Positions 11,035 through 25,410 are shown, counted from the first letter of the stretch. The stretch is DNA of 64,000 bases from Tubulanus polymorphus (GCF_964204645.1 NC_134027.1:9270485-9334484); one strand, 5' to 3'. Translations and numbers: made by a program. Notes: a model not told the origin generated them from the letters alone.

Positions 11035-11534
11035 CCTTATCTGCCGTATCAGTTCAATAATCCTCAGTTGCATGCGTGCGCTAATGAAGCAAATTTTCCC
11101 TCGAATTACACGTAGTTCCACAAACATTCCTGCGTTTACTGGTCCGTATCAGAGAGCAATTCGGACTGCGCAATACTCCGTTTCACTTGACAAGCGAGAC
11201 TTGTTTTTAAATCGCCCACGCCTATACGACACTCAAAGAAAATACGTACCAATCTTCTGTATTTACCTAAATCAGACATCTGAAATCCTTTTTGTAGAAA
11301 ACAACTTTAAAAGCCAGGGATGGTCCTCGGGTTCGATATAAACAAAAGTTGAAGAATCATGTCAAAGAAAGGAAACAAATTCTATTTTGCGTGTTCAAAA
11401 TAAAAAGGAAATTTATCATTTCGGTATTGATCTGTGTGCGTTTGAAGTCTTGAGCTAACGTCACAAAATACTATATTGTTCATCTGCACCGCATTGGACT
11501 TCCGTTAGCGGATAATGTTTGATACAGTTTGATT

Positions 11535-11767
11535 CAGGGTGGCCACTGACCTGGAAAACTCCGGGAATCAGAAAAATCTAGGAAAAAAAAATAGATGAAT
11601 TGGACAAATTTTAACAAAATGTCTTATCGACAACGTGTTTCTTGGCACTACATGATGATTCATAAAAAAGGAATAGATTGCAATATTCTAAACCTAGAAA
11701 TTCCTCGGATTTATTCAGGGAGTTGTGTGTTTTAAAATGGAAAAATCGGGGTAAAGTGGCCACCCTG
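11535..11767. mobile_element. MITE with perfect 13-bp TIR CAGGGTGGCCACT (hAT-like termini)
   Basis: cagggtggccact ... agtggccaccctg; no clean TSD. Confidence 0.75.
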
Positions 11768-13336
11768 GTGATTAAATGCCCACTACGAAACGAAATTTAT
11801 CATCGAAAATGAAAACACAATGCTTCGGTCACTGACTACAGTCCCCAGGTCATCATAGATATCATCCCATTCTACTTTAACACTCCCTACACGGAGAGTC
11901 TGGGTGAATGTTTTGAAACCCTATTGCATTTTGGAATTCGATTTTCCGACGAGTTATATCTCATCTAAAAATACTCGAATCTTTTTTCTTAATTCAAAAT
12001 CAGGAAAAAATCTTTTTCTCGTGTCCTCGGGACGTCGGATTTTCTTTTTTACAATTTCCAATACATAATACACCATGTTTGGAACTAAAATTAGCAGTTA
12101 TACAGTTATACATGCTGGGCGGTGTGTAACCATGGAGTTGGCGGACAAAATTAGTATAACACCATGCGGTGGCCTAATACTTATACTGATGAGGCGACTA
12201 TAAAGGCGGCTTTTAATCCATTTTCAAATATACACCGAAGCGTAAAATTCGGCGCCACCTTCCGTAATGCGAAGTGAGAAGAAAAGAACAATTAACCATC
12301 GGCACGCCTTGTGAAATCCAATAAGCCGATGTAATTCGCCTATAAATCACTCAGTGTCTGAAAGTTCGCTGTATAGATCTTCGTGAACGGATTCTTCCGA
12401 TGGATTCGCTCCCCGAATACTTCGGCTATATACCAGATTTTAATTACTGCTTACGGTTACGAAGCAATTAAACCATTTGAAGTACCTTTCGATACGTGTA
12501 ATAAACACGTTTGGAAAGGATCAACACTGACAAAAGGGTATATCAACAACATTAATAAGATTAATATGTTTTAATATGTTTTCATGCAGGGTGTAAATCT
12601 ACTGGTAATTCTCAGGAAAATCAATGAATTTAGATCGAACTTTGCCTTGACATTGCCAACGTAGCTGCGGGCGTATGAGATGAGGTGAAACCGTGTGATT
12701 TATAGTCAGGCTTAGAGGTTGGCCACGTTAACTAATACGGTTAACTATGGACCGCAATTTCATAAAAGACAATGTATGGTACATTTATGTCATAAAAAGG
12801 TGATATCTATCAACGGATAAACATTTTTTCACCGGCATATGTTGGTTTTCCTTTTCCGTGTTTCTTAGAAAGTAACTCAACAAAACCAATTACTAACATC
12901 AGAAATTAACAAGGCAATCGTCTTACGCATCGCTCACATCATCAGCTCCCCACCGTGTCTACTCTTTACACGTTGAGCGCTTATGATCATATAGGCGATA
13001 TAGAAGTAAATGAAATTAGAAGGCAAATCTTTATCAAATATATCACCGCCTGACTAGTAATATGCGGCACTGTGTACGTTGGCCCCGAAATCGACAAAAT
13101 AATGATCATTAGATTCAATCATTCGATACAATTTGGCTTATTCATACGAGCGGCAATGAGTAATGGCCAAAATACACAACAACGTGATGTGTTAGATTAA
13201 AACGAATAGCTGCAAAATAGGCCTATAAACTAAGACAATGTCGTCGTTACGTTATTAATATCTCGACTGTTCTGTTCGATGAATAAATATTCAATGATCT
13301 CTTTTTGTACGGTCCTCGCTAGCTTGTTCGGGACCG

Positions 13337-13440
13337 TGCCGAGCTTTTTTGAGAGGCAGTTCTATTTCAAGATTCAAGAAAGAGGGTACTTTTCGCCGTG
13401 AAAGGGTGGACTTTCCTGGATAGATCTTGAATATAAAGTG
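13337..13440 (+). repeat. Repeat family H fragment
   Basis: gagctttttgag.ggcagttctatttcaaga...gagggtactttt shared with 25411-25726. Confidence 0.7.
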
Positions 13441-13967
13441 CCCGGGTACCCGGATAAACCATTTCAGAATGGATAACCTTTCATCTCCAGTTGACTTTTT
13501 TTCGGGTGCTCTTTTGATCTAATGATATGTCCTATTTTGGGGATGCACGCTTCCCTGAATTAGACCCTAGATCCGCCCATGTAAGTTAGGGCGTAAACAA
13601 TAATTATGCCATATAACGCAACATTAGTTACTACTTAGTTCTATTTGGTGAGATTATTTATTCTAAAGTCGGGCGAGCTGTGGACGGCAAAACCGGTAAC
13701 TATCAGGCAGCGCATTCAACGATTTATTTCGCGTCGGTCTTAAAACAATACATCACTGTCATCGAGTCGTTATGATCGGTCTGTGGAGCATCAGCATATT
13801 TATGCCGTTACCCGCGGGAGACGACCAAATCCCAGGCGAAAGGTGCAATATGATGACATTTTGATGAACCGCCGATGCAAGAATCTAGAAAAAGATGCAA
13901 TTCCCATTCTGGGGCCAGTTGCTCAAAAGGTCCAGCGGATAGATACCATAGTAATACAATGAACTTG

Positions 13968-14285
13968 TAATTGGGTACCCACAGTGCTACTGAGGCGATT
14001 GAAGATTCCACGTATGGCAGGCGAGTATCCGCAAGGTTCGCTAGCAGTAGTTGGTCGTTCGCGTTCGATTTCCTCTGCATTTCAATTAAAAATTTTCTCT
14101 TGAATGAATCAGTTATTTAGGGGAAACTAAGCCGATCTCCGAGTAGAAGGATGAAAGTATTGTATATTCGGTGTGCTGTGAGAATGGATTCGGTAGTCTA
14201 AAATCCAGTTCAAATGAACTCATTTTGACAACGGACGAGCAACTGTTGAGCAATCAATTTCACGCCATCTGCGAGTTTCCCATTG
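13968..14285 (+). mobile_element. MITE family E copy
   Basis: gattccacgtatggcaggcgag core and cccattg end shared with 30644-30952 and, inverted, 50203-50507. Confidence 0.75.
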
Positions 14286-15255
14286 TCACCATATACTATG
14301 TCAAATCTGATTTCAACCACCTTCTGAGCAAAAGGCCCGAGGACATCAGAACTGAAACCATTTACTACTGAGAGTAAGTCGTCAGATTTCTTAGGCGGCT
14401 TTTTAATGATTTGCTACCTGTTACCCGCACATATTTTCACGTTTTCGATTGATCTCATTAGTTTTGTCTAGACGATCGTGAAACAGTGCTAATTAGGTGT
14501 CTCACGCCGCGTCCCCACGACGCCGAGAAATCGAATCACCATGGCGTCACGCTGTGCATTATAAAGCAATTTGAAGGTTTTCTTCGACAGTATTAGAATG
14601 TCTTATCGTGAACGTCCGAGCAAATCTCCACTCAATTCGACGTAAACAGATTGAATAATTAAAACAAAATTAAATCAATTTCTCTCCTACGTATTTCGTA
14701 TTTCCCCCAATACATCCATTATCTATTTGGAAACGCTACTGACAATTAAGCCATATCAAATGAAATTTTACCGAAACGTCGGACGAAAAAACGTTCAATA
14801 AGAACGCCGAAAAAAATTGCTATCCATCTTCCTGGATTTCAGTTGGTTCTCATTTGAACAGACGTGTAGGGACTCGGTCTCCGCGGATGATGGATTAGTA
14901 AGGTCTTACGTCAAGGCTCCATACGCATCGAAACTCATTTGTCTTCATGCTTCGGGTGACGAGAAGCGAGGCCATTTGATGACATTCAAATCTATTTTAA
15001 GCAGTCTAGATTGGACTCATGCGCTTCTTTGAGCTGTTAGATAAATGTACACATACTAGAAGCAGCGTCCAGTCCAATACGTTTAACAGGCCCGAGTTTG
15101 GCATTATAGTGCAATGTGTAGAGTTCCTATTTCAGCGAATCGGGGAATTTAGAAATGTATTAATGCGCAAGCTGAAATAATGAAAGCGAAGTAATATGGA
15201 AATAAAAGAAGTTCCATGAAAATGGATCCTCGAGGTTTCGTATTCTTCAGCTGAT

Positions 15256-15512
15256 GACAAGCGATACCCTACATACCGGGGTGATGTCTGTACAGACAGT
15301 TGACAGAAACAGCAATACACGCCAGTAAGGCGATGACTGTAGGATTGTTGACAGTAGACACCCTAAACACCAGTTTGGTGATGACTGTACATGACGGTTG
15401 AAAGCAGACATCCTACACTAGTTAGAGGATATTGCACGGGACGGTTGACAGGTGACATCCTACACCCCAGTTCCGTGATGACTATACGAGTCGGTTGACA
15501 GTAGACACCCTC
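15256..15512. repeat. Degenerate minisatellite, about 50-bp unit, about 5 copies
   Basis: Recurrent ccagtt..gtgatgactgtac..gacggttgacagtagaca.cctaca. Confidence 0.8.
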
Positions 15513-17301
15513 AAAATCCATGCTTCAATCGGCTATCTGTACTGACAGATAAAGATAATCAACGCTTATTCAAGCATGAACATGCCTGAAGTTGAAAACA
15601 GTAAAATAATCACACGGAGGAAAAATGCTCCGGTGAGTGGATTTCGAATCTTATATCTGAAGTGCGTTTGACATTTCGAAATATTAAGTTAACGTTATCT
15701 TCCAATCAATCTTCCAACGATTATCTACATACTTGATTGATTTATGAGAAACAATGGAAATTATGAATAAAAATGGCAATAAAAGGCAGATGAAATAATT
15801 GCCATACGTCATTTATTGTTGACAGGTTGCCACCTCTGCTCATCGTTTACCTCCCTCTAACCGTCGACTGTCAACAGTCTGCTGTAAACACTGACCGAAG
15901 AACGCTGTGTAACTCTATACACGCAGTTAAATGCCGTATATTGGACTAGCGCCACGAATTCATTAACATTTAGATTGAAAGATTGGATCCTTCTCCAAAT
16001 GAGAAAAAAACCTTGAAAATTCGATTTGTAACTAATAACTAGTTTTTAAGATATACCTGTCCAATAATTCATCTCCGCGTGGCTACAGGTAATCATTTCA
16101 TCATCCAAATGAAATGCGATCCATCTAAAAACCGTCAATGTGAATGAATGGTGCTATTTGATATATGATCGACGCGTCCGCCGACAAATGCATGGCACGT
16201 TGTACGTTGTATGTGCATGATACGACATTCGATTAAAGTTTCGAATGATCGATGCATTTTACCTGTGCATCGATTTTTTTAAGTCGAAGACGCTATAAAT
16301 GTAAAGGAAATCTCGCCGGAAATTTGTATTGAGCGTTAGCTGCGGCCAGGTAATAAGACTTTCTATATATCGTCCGCCTTAAAAATCAGCACAAGTGATA
16401 AGTAATAAGTAACTATGATATTGACATTCATCGCGTATATCCTACAATGCATCTTTTCGACAAGATTGAACTCTTATTTGTTAGCCGCTGTCGTCTGTGT
16501 CCAAGACAAGAACATATTATATAGCCTACGCCATGAATGCTAGCAATTGCGAAAACAATGAATAGGCGTATCTATGTCTGACGAAGACCACCTTCATCCC
16601 CAGGGTCTCATAAAATAAATCAACGCGCTTTTCTTCCATTGATATAATGACAACACGAGAAACAGAACCGACAGACGAATTTACATACATTTACATGATG
16701 GGTTTGTTTAAGTCATACCAGAAAACGATAACTCCCAAGTCCCCGGAGCCCTCTTTTTAGTGCTTTTTGTATTATCAACACACAAAGGTTGTTCCATTCT
16801 TTTGACAAATACTTATTCCGCTGACGTTGTCTTAGAATTCCATTTCAGCAAATCGAATTTGCTACTGATAAAGTTGACCTACATTTCAAATTGAGTGAGT
16901 TTCATCGATCTTATACGCTGTTAATCGGATGAAGCGATGGTAAGGGGGCTTTCTTCGTTCATTTTCATTTATGCATAACACACTTCGCCCTTGATGAGGC
17001 GCCATGCAGAACATGTCTATCGATCTATCGATACTTGATCAATCGAACAAAAAGAGGCGAGAAGGCTTATATCCCACACAACCTCCTTGCGCTGGATTTC
17101 TTGAAAATTGTGTAGTTCAATTACGTTCAGTATTTTACCAATCGCGTATTAGACTACGTAATCGCGTAGTATGCGGAAGAAAATTCACCAGGGGCATTCT
17201 TTGGGGAATGACTGATGGTATATATGTTGCGTAAAATCCCACGTGTTTAAGAGTGTAAAATCCCATAATTGAATGAATGACTAAAGCTTTTGTAAAGAAA
17301 A

Positions 17302-17818
17302 TATAGAAGAACATTTCGGGTGGTTTCTACCACCCTTCTTCAATTTTAACCCTGGGATGCGCTGTGGGTCATATATGACCCCACCTAATTAGCCGGTCAT
17401 AAATTTAAGAATTGTTGATAGTGGGGTTTCAGAGTTCTTAGCTGAAATTGAATTATCAATTATTATTAGAAATTAAATCTACCACTTCAACCCAAGGGGT
17501 CATATGACCAATGGCCAGAAGGTAGCTTGTACGTTGTCAATCAACAAATTGGGGCCATATATGGAACACTGGGCATTAAAGGATGCACTTTTTCAGTTTC
17601 TCTGAAAATATTTAGGTACTTTAAACTAATGATGAAGCAGCTTGGGGTTCATATTTGAACCATCCCAAAAAACATGTTAATGTGAAAGTACATCCAAAAC
17701 TGATATTGATTTGTCATAAGGGACCCAAGATGAACTGAAAAAAAATTAATGTGCAGTTTGCCCTACTGTCAGAAGTATGTTTTGGCGGTTATAGAAACCA
17801 CCCGCAATATTTCTATGT
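17302..17818. mobile_element. Inverted-repeat-bounded element containing a piggyBac-like inner element (about 17347-17582)
   Basis: Outer: atagaa..acatttcgggtggtttcta / tagaaaccacccgcaatatttctat. Inner: ttaaccct...gggtcatatatgacccca / tggggccatatatgg...gcattaaagg. Confidence 0.55.
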
Positions 17819-18771
17819 TTTGAATATATGTTTTAGTCATTCATTCTATTATTGTGGGATTTTACACTTATTGTCTTATCGCGGATATGGTGATCAAATT
17901 CATATGTTGTGTGTGATTCACGATAAGTTACCATATTCAAAGAATGGATATAGCGAAATCGACAGAGAAGAGAAGAAGGTCGACCTAGACATTCTTTCAC
18001 AGCGTAATGACTGCCATTAATTCGCGATTATCTCATTTTGTCTCGTTTGGAAGACGCGGTTCATCGACGGCAATGTTTCAGAATACGACGAGAAGCCTAT
18101 TTATAGAAGTAAATGACGGCACACCTCGTAAAAATGGATTTCTCGTTACGAGGTTCCCTTAAGAATTTTTATTAACGAATAGGGAATGCCATTGATTCAA
18201 AAAATGCGGCGTTCACCCTAGATATGTGTTGATTCTTCTTTTCGTAATTTTTCTGTTCTTGAGATATAGTTAGCTTACATATGTAGAATTGATGATAAAA
18301 TAAAGCGGTTCTGAAACTGTGTCGACTCTAAATGCACATAGTTTTGTCTCCGTCTTAATTTCATGTATGTATATTTGTTATCGAATGAGTGCACGGTGCT
18401 CTTATAACAGTCGCAGGCGGATACGACAGAGAATGATGATTGCGAATCATGTCACCATGAGATCATTTCCAGGAAATGATTACAGAATCTCGACGACACG
18501 ACGTTGTACTAGTAAACAGATGGAAAACACGTCGTTTAGAGCGTGCAATTCAAATCATTTACTGATATGACCGGAATCATATTTTTCCGCAGGAAACCTT
18601 GACGATATGAAGGGAAATCGTATGGACGTAAATCTTTTGCATGAGCAGGGACTCCTTTATGCCGAGGTTAAGAAAATAAGTTTCTAATCTGTTTTTTACA
18701 TCGATATTTGAATCATGGGCTATAGGATTTTCAACACCTTCATGTGAGATTGGCATTACTTGTACCCCGCG

Positions 18772-19077
18772 CATTCTCACCGGTAGGGATTCGAACCTGA
18801 TGGCATCGAGACTCGCCCCGGTACGAAACCCTGCCACGGCTACATGCGCAGCTTATATGGTGTCATTATTAGCCAAATAGAAATCCTGTTTCATTTTAGC
18901 CCGGTTTATAGTTTATCAACGAAATTTGCCTCAGTGATTATACATCGAGCAATCTGATAGGTGCCGCAAGTTTTCGCGCGACAAACTTGCGCATGTACCT
19001 GGCAGGGTTTCGTGCCGTGGCTGAGTCTAACCAGATCAGGTTCGAATCCCACCGTTTCCCGGCGTTAAGAAAGGATG
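18772..19077. mobile_element. MITE family D copy 1 (TIRs contain GGTTCGAATCCC)
   Basis: gggattcgaacctgat...cgaaaccctgcca..tacatgcgca / tgcgcatgta..tggcagggtttcg...atcaggttcgaatccc; interior aligns with 23562-23900. Confidence 0.8.
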
Positions 19078-20092
19078 AGATGAAACCCGGGAAGTGCTGA
19101 AGAAAGGACAAAATGTTGTTGTTATGCAGACAGATCGAACGAATTAAAAATCCCCCGTGCCCTCAGCGTGGATTGTAAGCTCATTTCCGATTTGTACAAC
19201 GAGTCTGGCAATAAAAATGCCACTTTATCGGCGACGTGCGGGTTGTAAACATATAAATCGCTTTCGGTTTTATTTCGTTGGGCGTTCGTTGAGCACGCGC
19301 CGTGCTGGTTCTTGGTGTGCTAATGTTCGAAAAACTTGCCTTTATGGCCGACAAATCAGACTATTTGTAGCGTTCGTCACGTCTCTCGCGGCTCTTGCTG
19401 AATTACTTTTCACATCTACTGTATAGGCAAAGACCAAAGTCATCATTACCTGAAGTCCCTGATAATCACTTGTCTGTATGTGACATATAGATCGGGTGTC
19501 CAGGAAAAAAGAGTGAACAGGCAGTTATGAGCAAGCGATATAGAAAACCCGTATTCATTGAAGATTTTCACCGAAAAATATTTTGGGTATCGCTGCGAGT
19601 TTCGGATTTTATATTCAGTTTGGAATATGAAATTGCTATAGCATAACAAGCGTTGTAGCGTTTTTAAGCGAGGATGTAATCTATCTATTTGATATGTTTC
19701 GCTAGTGATGGGCTGTGGTACAACACCCGATTTATTTGATGAATGGTTGCTATTTTCGAACTCTGGTGGTGAAGCACCTCCAATGTCCAGTCTTCGGGGA
19801 GTGTCGGCGTAAAACGATTATTACGTTTAGCACTTTGTCAATTTCCGTATTAGCATAGAATGGTACATCATCCATAGTGTGGACGTGGAGACTTTCAAGG
19901 TTATCTACAATATTTTTTACACGAACACCGACACTTTGCCGACGTCAGACGTAGCTTTGATTTATGGTCGTAAACGTCACACCGTATACCGGACGGTTTG
20001 CATTATCGTTATACACTATCGCGAAGGCAAGAAGAACAAAGCGAAGGACGATGGGTGAAACCAGTGCCACATCAGGGGTGGATTCAAGGGAA

Positions 20093-20323
20093 TGTACAGG
20101 GGGTGCGCCCCCCTTACAATGCCCATTTGCCCTGAAATCTCATGGGAGAACGAATCATATTAAACTTCTACCCTCAAAAGTTTAAATCCATAAGCTTGTT
20201 CCCTGTATTTTCACAAATGACTTAATTTTTTCCGATGAGCTTTCTTTCAGAACGCCCTCCTGATTATATGATACGCATTTTATGGATGCAACCCTCCCTG
20301 AATCAGACCATAGATCGGGCCCT
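20093..20323. mobile_element. hAT-like MITE (CAGGGGCGGATC-type ends, degenerate)
   Basis: caggggtggattcaaggg ... tccctgaatcagaccatagatcgggcccta; related right ends tagatccgcccatg (about 13581) and tagatccgcccttg (about 47408). Confidence 0.55.
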
Positions 20324-22549
20324 ACACTAGCCCGATACATAAAGTAACTTGCCGTAATAAGCTCGCCTTAGCCTTATAACAAATATAATCAAGTGTGAAG
20401 GCGGCACCTCTGGTCGAGCTAATTTGAGCTCACGACGGCTCAGAGCAAGCGGCGCTTTTTTCTGTACGACCGAAAATCAATTTTAATAGACCTTGTTGAT
20501 GCGCCGTCAATTGGATGTTTGATCGAAAACTACTTCCCAATCTCTCTCCAACTGACACGACAGTGAGTAGCGTTTGATATACATCACAGTGCTCGTCTAA
20601 CGTAACAAAAAATGAAAATCGACGAGTCAATTTTACAGATACGATCGCCGCGGAATATCGCTAGATTTATGAGTTTTCCACGTACACGAGGATAACAACG
20701 ATAAATGAGACGGAGCCATTCATAAACTAATCAGCCTAATACAGCTCTTCCACCATTAGTCGTCGAAATCAAAACGAACCCGATGCTTAAAACTGAAAAC
20801 TATCTTCGTTTTTCACTTTTGACCGATAAAGAAATGGTTACGGTGTGCGACTGTTTTATATGATTCGGTACTAACGGTTGAAGTGCGCGGAGACGTACCT
20901 ATGCGCCATGGCCGATTTGGTTTCCTAGCACAGCGGAAAGGTTTCACGCATAAGTGTTTGGTAAGATTTATCAATTGCGCCCATGTTTATTCCACTGTTT
21001 AGGCTTGTTGACACGAATATGGTGTATAGTTTCACTGATTTGGAGTGGGTTATATACTCTTGTGGTAGATTGATTAGCTCGATAAAGCCGTTGTTGAAAA
21101 ACCACCTCGATTCGTGGCACAGGCAGAATATATATGACAAGTCTCCACGTTCTAACGAACGGGCTATAAAATGTCAGCGCAAGCTTGAAAACGACATCGA
21201 TCAAAAATCCCCGCGTTCGAAGGCTGTGAAAACGGTGTTGAAATCAAGAGGTCCGGATTCGGAGTCCAATTTTAATTGAATCAAGCGGCGCCTTAAATGA
21301 CAAGGTGAATTGATATTCCAGATTTTATGAGTGTGTATTCTGGCCATAACATCTGATCATGGAGGTATAAACTAGAATTTATACGTCCATGATCTGATAA
21401 TGGATCACATAAAATAATATTCAACAGTTGTGTACAGGGGCATAACGTGGCTAATCCATCCCTTTTATGCCACCGTTGACATTGAAATATCCCAACGAAT
21501 CATACATTGCTATCATATCTTTACAGGAAGGCCTACGCCATATCGGCCATCTTGTGACCTTTTACTAGCGTTGTACGCTTGGGCGAACTTTCTTTTTATC
21601 GAAGGTCGAACTAAGTGAAACCGAATGTCAATTAGTCGAAGGTATAATAGTCCGGATGTAGCGAACCACGCAACTCAGTACGGTCGCTGAACACCAGATC
21701 TAGTCCAAGATGGCCGACACCATGAAACTCATTAAGACCGAACTATAGTGCGTTCGGTTATTAGCCCCGACCACTAGTCGACTAACTGCGAAAATGAAGT
21801 TCGCCAGAAATTCGATCATCATTTATATTTTGTCGTGCATTGGGTTGCGTGTATAGGTCGGTTCCAAACCACGTTTGTTTTTCATATACTGCGCAGATTC
21901 GGTATCATTATCTGAGTTATATTCTCGAAACGTTCTTTCACGTTGAGAAAAATACGGAGAACTCCTTAACGATGTTTCTTCATGCGCATCAACACGTCCT
22001 TGCGCGCGTGATGAAATGTCGATGATTTGAATATTTCTCTTATATTCGCGCGGGTTATTATTGGTTTCGTCGACTGTGACACAAGAAAAACGACGGTCTG
22101 ATTCTTCCACTGCCTTTGACACCGAGATGGATTTCTTCCTATGAATGAATCAACAACTCTTGCGGAAAATGATGGACTCCGCTATGAGTACCGTATACGT
22201 GATTTGACTCGGTGAAATTTGCCATGTTTTCAAGTAGTCCCTACATGATTACGAGTCATCGACTGCGCTACGGGATTTTCTTTTCAATTTCATGATACGG
22301 ATTTACTGGAGGCCTCTGTTTGTCGTTCGAAAGTTTGTCGTATAAGGCCGCCTGAATGTAGAGCTTTGTGAATTGAATGTTCTTCTGAATGATACACTCT
22401 TTTGAAAGAAAACGAATACTTTCTATAAATAGATTTGTTCGTCTTTACAGTTACATCATGATTAACATGACATCTAAATTTTTGTAAAAAGAATCCATTT
22501 GAAAATCCCTTCATCATAGAATATAAAATGATCATACCAAACTAATGGT

Positions 22550-22975
22550 AAAACGAGAAAACCAACTTAAAAAGTCTATTCACGCCTTCAAAAATAACAC
22601 ATATATTTTGTTTAATATTGTCAACAATGATATAATATGAATCATACTAACAATATATAAAGTTATTTTGGATTTGAGTACATCAATAATTGAATTGAAT
22701 TGCCCCGCAACCAGTCTAGTCCCGATATATTGATGACGTAGGGCACATCCTCTCAAGAATTATTATTGAAATTTTATCAAAAATAAAATTAAAAGAGTCA
22801 ATGAATATACTTAAATTACAAAATGAACGCATATATTCACAACTGTGATACCTATTTTGAAACGCCAATATCTATGACGTTGTGCACATCTATTCACACA
22901 GAACCCTTTAAGTAACGCATGCTAGGTATCAATGTATATAAACATTATTGTAACGGTTTTTACGGCGTCGAAAAA
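22550..22975 (+). mobile_element. Repeat family A copy 2
   Basis: Collinear with 4061-4500 (caaccagtctag, tgatgacgta, cagaaccc, aaacattattgtaacggtttttacggcgt). Confidence 0.8.
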
Positions 22976-23561
22976 GAATTTCGCTTCACTGAGCTGAAGG
23001 TAGACAGTTTTTGGGGCAGAGTTGTTTACTAGTGTGCATTCACTCGGAGAATTGCGGGTCGTGGAGAAAGTCAGAGTCCAATTAACACGTTTTAGAAATT
23101 GTAGATTGATGTCGAGTTTAATTTTCAACGCTCTAATCAATTTTGATATCGGCTTGACGCATGTGTGGTGATTTATCAAACATAAAGCGCAGTAGAAGCG
23201 ATATCTGCCGACAGCGAATATTCCGGCAAAGGACGAAGAAACAGCTTTCGTGTGCGAAAATGATTCTCTCTATTCAAGGTTATTATCGCCGCCGAATGCA
23301 AACTACGAACTGACACGTCACGTATCGCTGTTTTATCCAATTCATTTTATTATGAACGATGAGGTATCATGAATTATACGGAATGATTTAATGAACAGCG
23401 GCCAGTCGCGCGCAGTCAAGGCTTTGATTTGAATATTTCGATCGCTTATATCGGTTCCACAATCAATCCAACAGCAGAGACCAATCTTAAGACCATTCTA
23501 GAAAACTGTGCGAATCGTAATATTTCCTGCTATTTTGCGTATGTTGATTCTATACGTCGGT

Positions 23562-23900
23562 CATCCTCTTCCTGCAGAGATTGTAACCCGATGACATCAA
23601 GACTCGCCCCGGCACGGAACCCTGCTACACTAGCCCGAGTGCGCGGCTATGGGCAGCTTAGATGATGTCATTAAAGCCAATCAGATATCCCGTTTTATTT
23701 TATCCCGGGTTTTACCATTGCAGTTTTTCCGTGACATTTGCCTCAGCGATACTATAAAACGAGCAATCTGATTGGTGTCGCAAGTTTTAAGGCGGCAAAC
23801 CTGCGCATTTACCTGCGCACACGGTCTAGCGTGGCTGAGTTTCGAACCGTGGCTGAGTCAAGCGATGCAATCAGGTTCGAACCCCTGCTGGGGGAGGATG
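23562..23900. mobile_element. MITE family D copy 2 with 8-bp TSD
   Basis: Termini CATCCTC...GAGGATG flanked by acgtcggt (23554-23561) and acgtctgt (23901-23908), 7/8 identical. Confidence 0.82.
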
Positions 23901-24572
23901 ACGTCTGTGGTTGTACACGTCAGATAAATCGGACGAAAACACACGTTGTCTGGTCGGATTTTCCGTATTTACTGGGCAGGAAAGCTATCGTGGTTACAGT
24001 GTTATTATTCGAGGGAAGGCGATCTGTAAAATTGATACGCATCGACCATTATAACATGGATAATTGCTCAAAGAAGCCGGGATTTGCCCCGACGCTACCC
24101 GCTGTTTATGTACTTCCGTCCATAATTAGGCTAGGATTCCGACCGATTCACTGGCAAAATTGACAGTCTGGATATTCATAGACGAAATACTTATTTGATC
24201 AACAACCGTCAATATTTTAGCGAGCCGCTCAGATGAGAGCAAATTAACCTGTATCGAACACAACCGCCCAATTTTACCATTCCGTACCATCACCATTTAA
24301 TGGTGACGTATACACAAAGCTACCAATAAACATGATAATCGGTATGATTTGACGGTGCTTGGATATTCCGCCAGATGATCTTTAAGATAAATTACATTTC
24401 TCCGAATAAAAACCCGGACCTATTGAATTGGGCGAATATACGCGCCGAAATAAATTAGAATATAGATGTCCGCTAAGGCTCAGTCCGAATGGAGTCATTG
24501 GGTTTGTTCAACGGGTGAATACGATACAACATCGTTTGCAACGGCATCAAAACAAGATATCAACACCGGTGG

Positions 24573-24979
24573 AAAAGAAAACTCACTTGGAAGTTTATTG
24601 CCACCTTGAAAAATAGCACATATATGATGCTTCATATTATCGACAATGGATAATGTAATATGAATTATATGATAACAAGGATCAAAGATTTGAATATCGA
24701 TAATTGAATCGAATTGACCGGCAACCAGTCTAGCCCCGTTATATCGATGATAGTTCACATCCTCTCAAAAATGATTATTACGATTTATCGAAAAAAGTAT
24801 GTATGATATGAAATATACTTAATTACAAACATGACAAAATTCAATTAATTGTTATTTTGAAACGCCAATATTGAGGACGTAATACACATCGACTCACACA
24901 GAACACCTTAAATGCATGACTAAGAAGTATCAATCAATGTGTATAGAAATTATTCTAACGGTAACACGGCGTCAAAAAA
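24573..24979 (+). mobile_element. Repeat family A copy 3
   Basis: Collinear with the other copies; ends acggcgtcaaaaaa. Confidence 0.8.
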
Positions 24980-25410
24980 GATTGAGTTGACGAATTGCTG
25001 GATGAACGAGGCACTTTCATTTTACATAATGATCCTGCATCGCTAGTTTTAATTGAGTCATTAATTGAATTTTGTTTCCACGGAGATGGCTGCGTGTATT
25101 AATTAATGAATGTTCGCTCAACCAAAAAATTAGGAACGTTAATTCTACCGGTTGCGAAAGAAGAAATGTGTTAAAAAATCAGTCCAAGTTATTTCTCTAT
25201 TGATACTCGCCAACCAAGTATGATTTAAATATATATTCACAGGTCAGAGTGGAGTGCGTGGATTCAAAGAATCGATTACGTTGCGTCTAGACAGTAGATT
25301 AATGGGCCGATTTGTTGTCCCATCGTGTTTAAACGAAGGAATAACATTCGCGTGATGGAACTTGAACAGGGATAATACACCCGCGGTTTAACGGCCTGCA
25401 TGCACGAACG

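Noticed and set aside
15222-15260. Hammerhead-like CTGAAGA-ATAC-GAAAC on the minus strand
   Set aside because: No stem II pair, no correctly placed UH cleavage triplet and no stem I.
23738-24163. 141-aa ORF
   Set aside because: Runs through a family D element; non-ATG start and no domain features.
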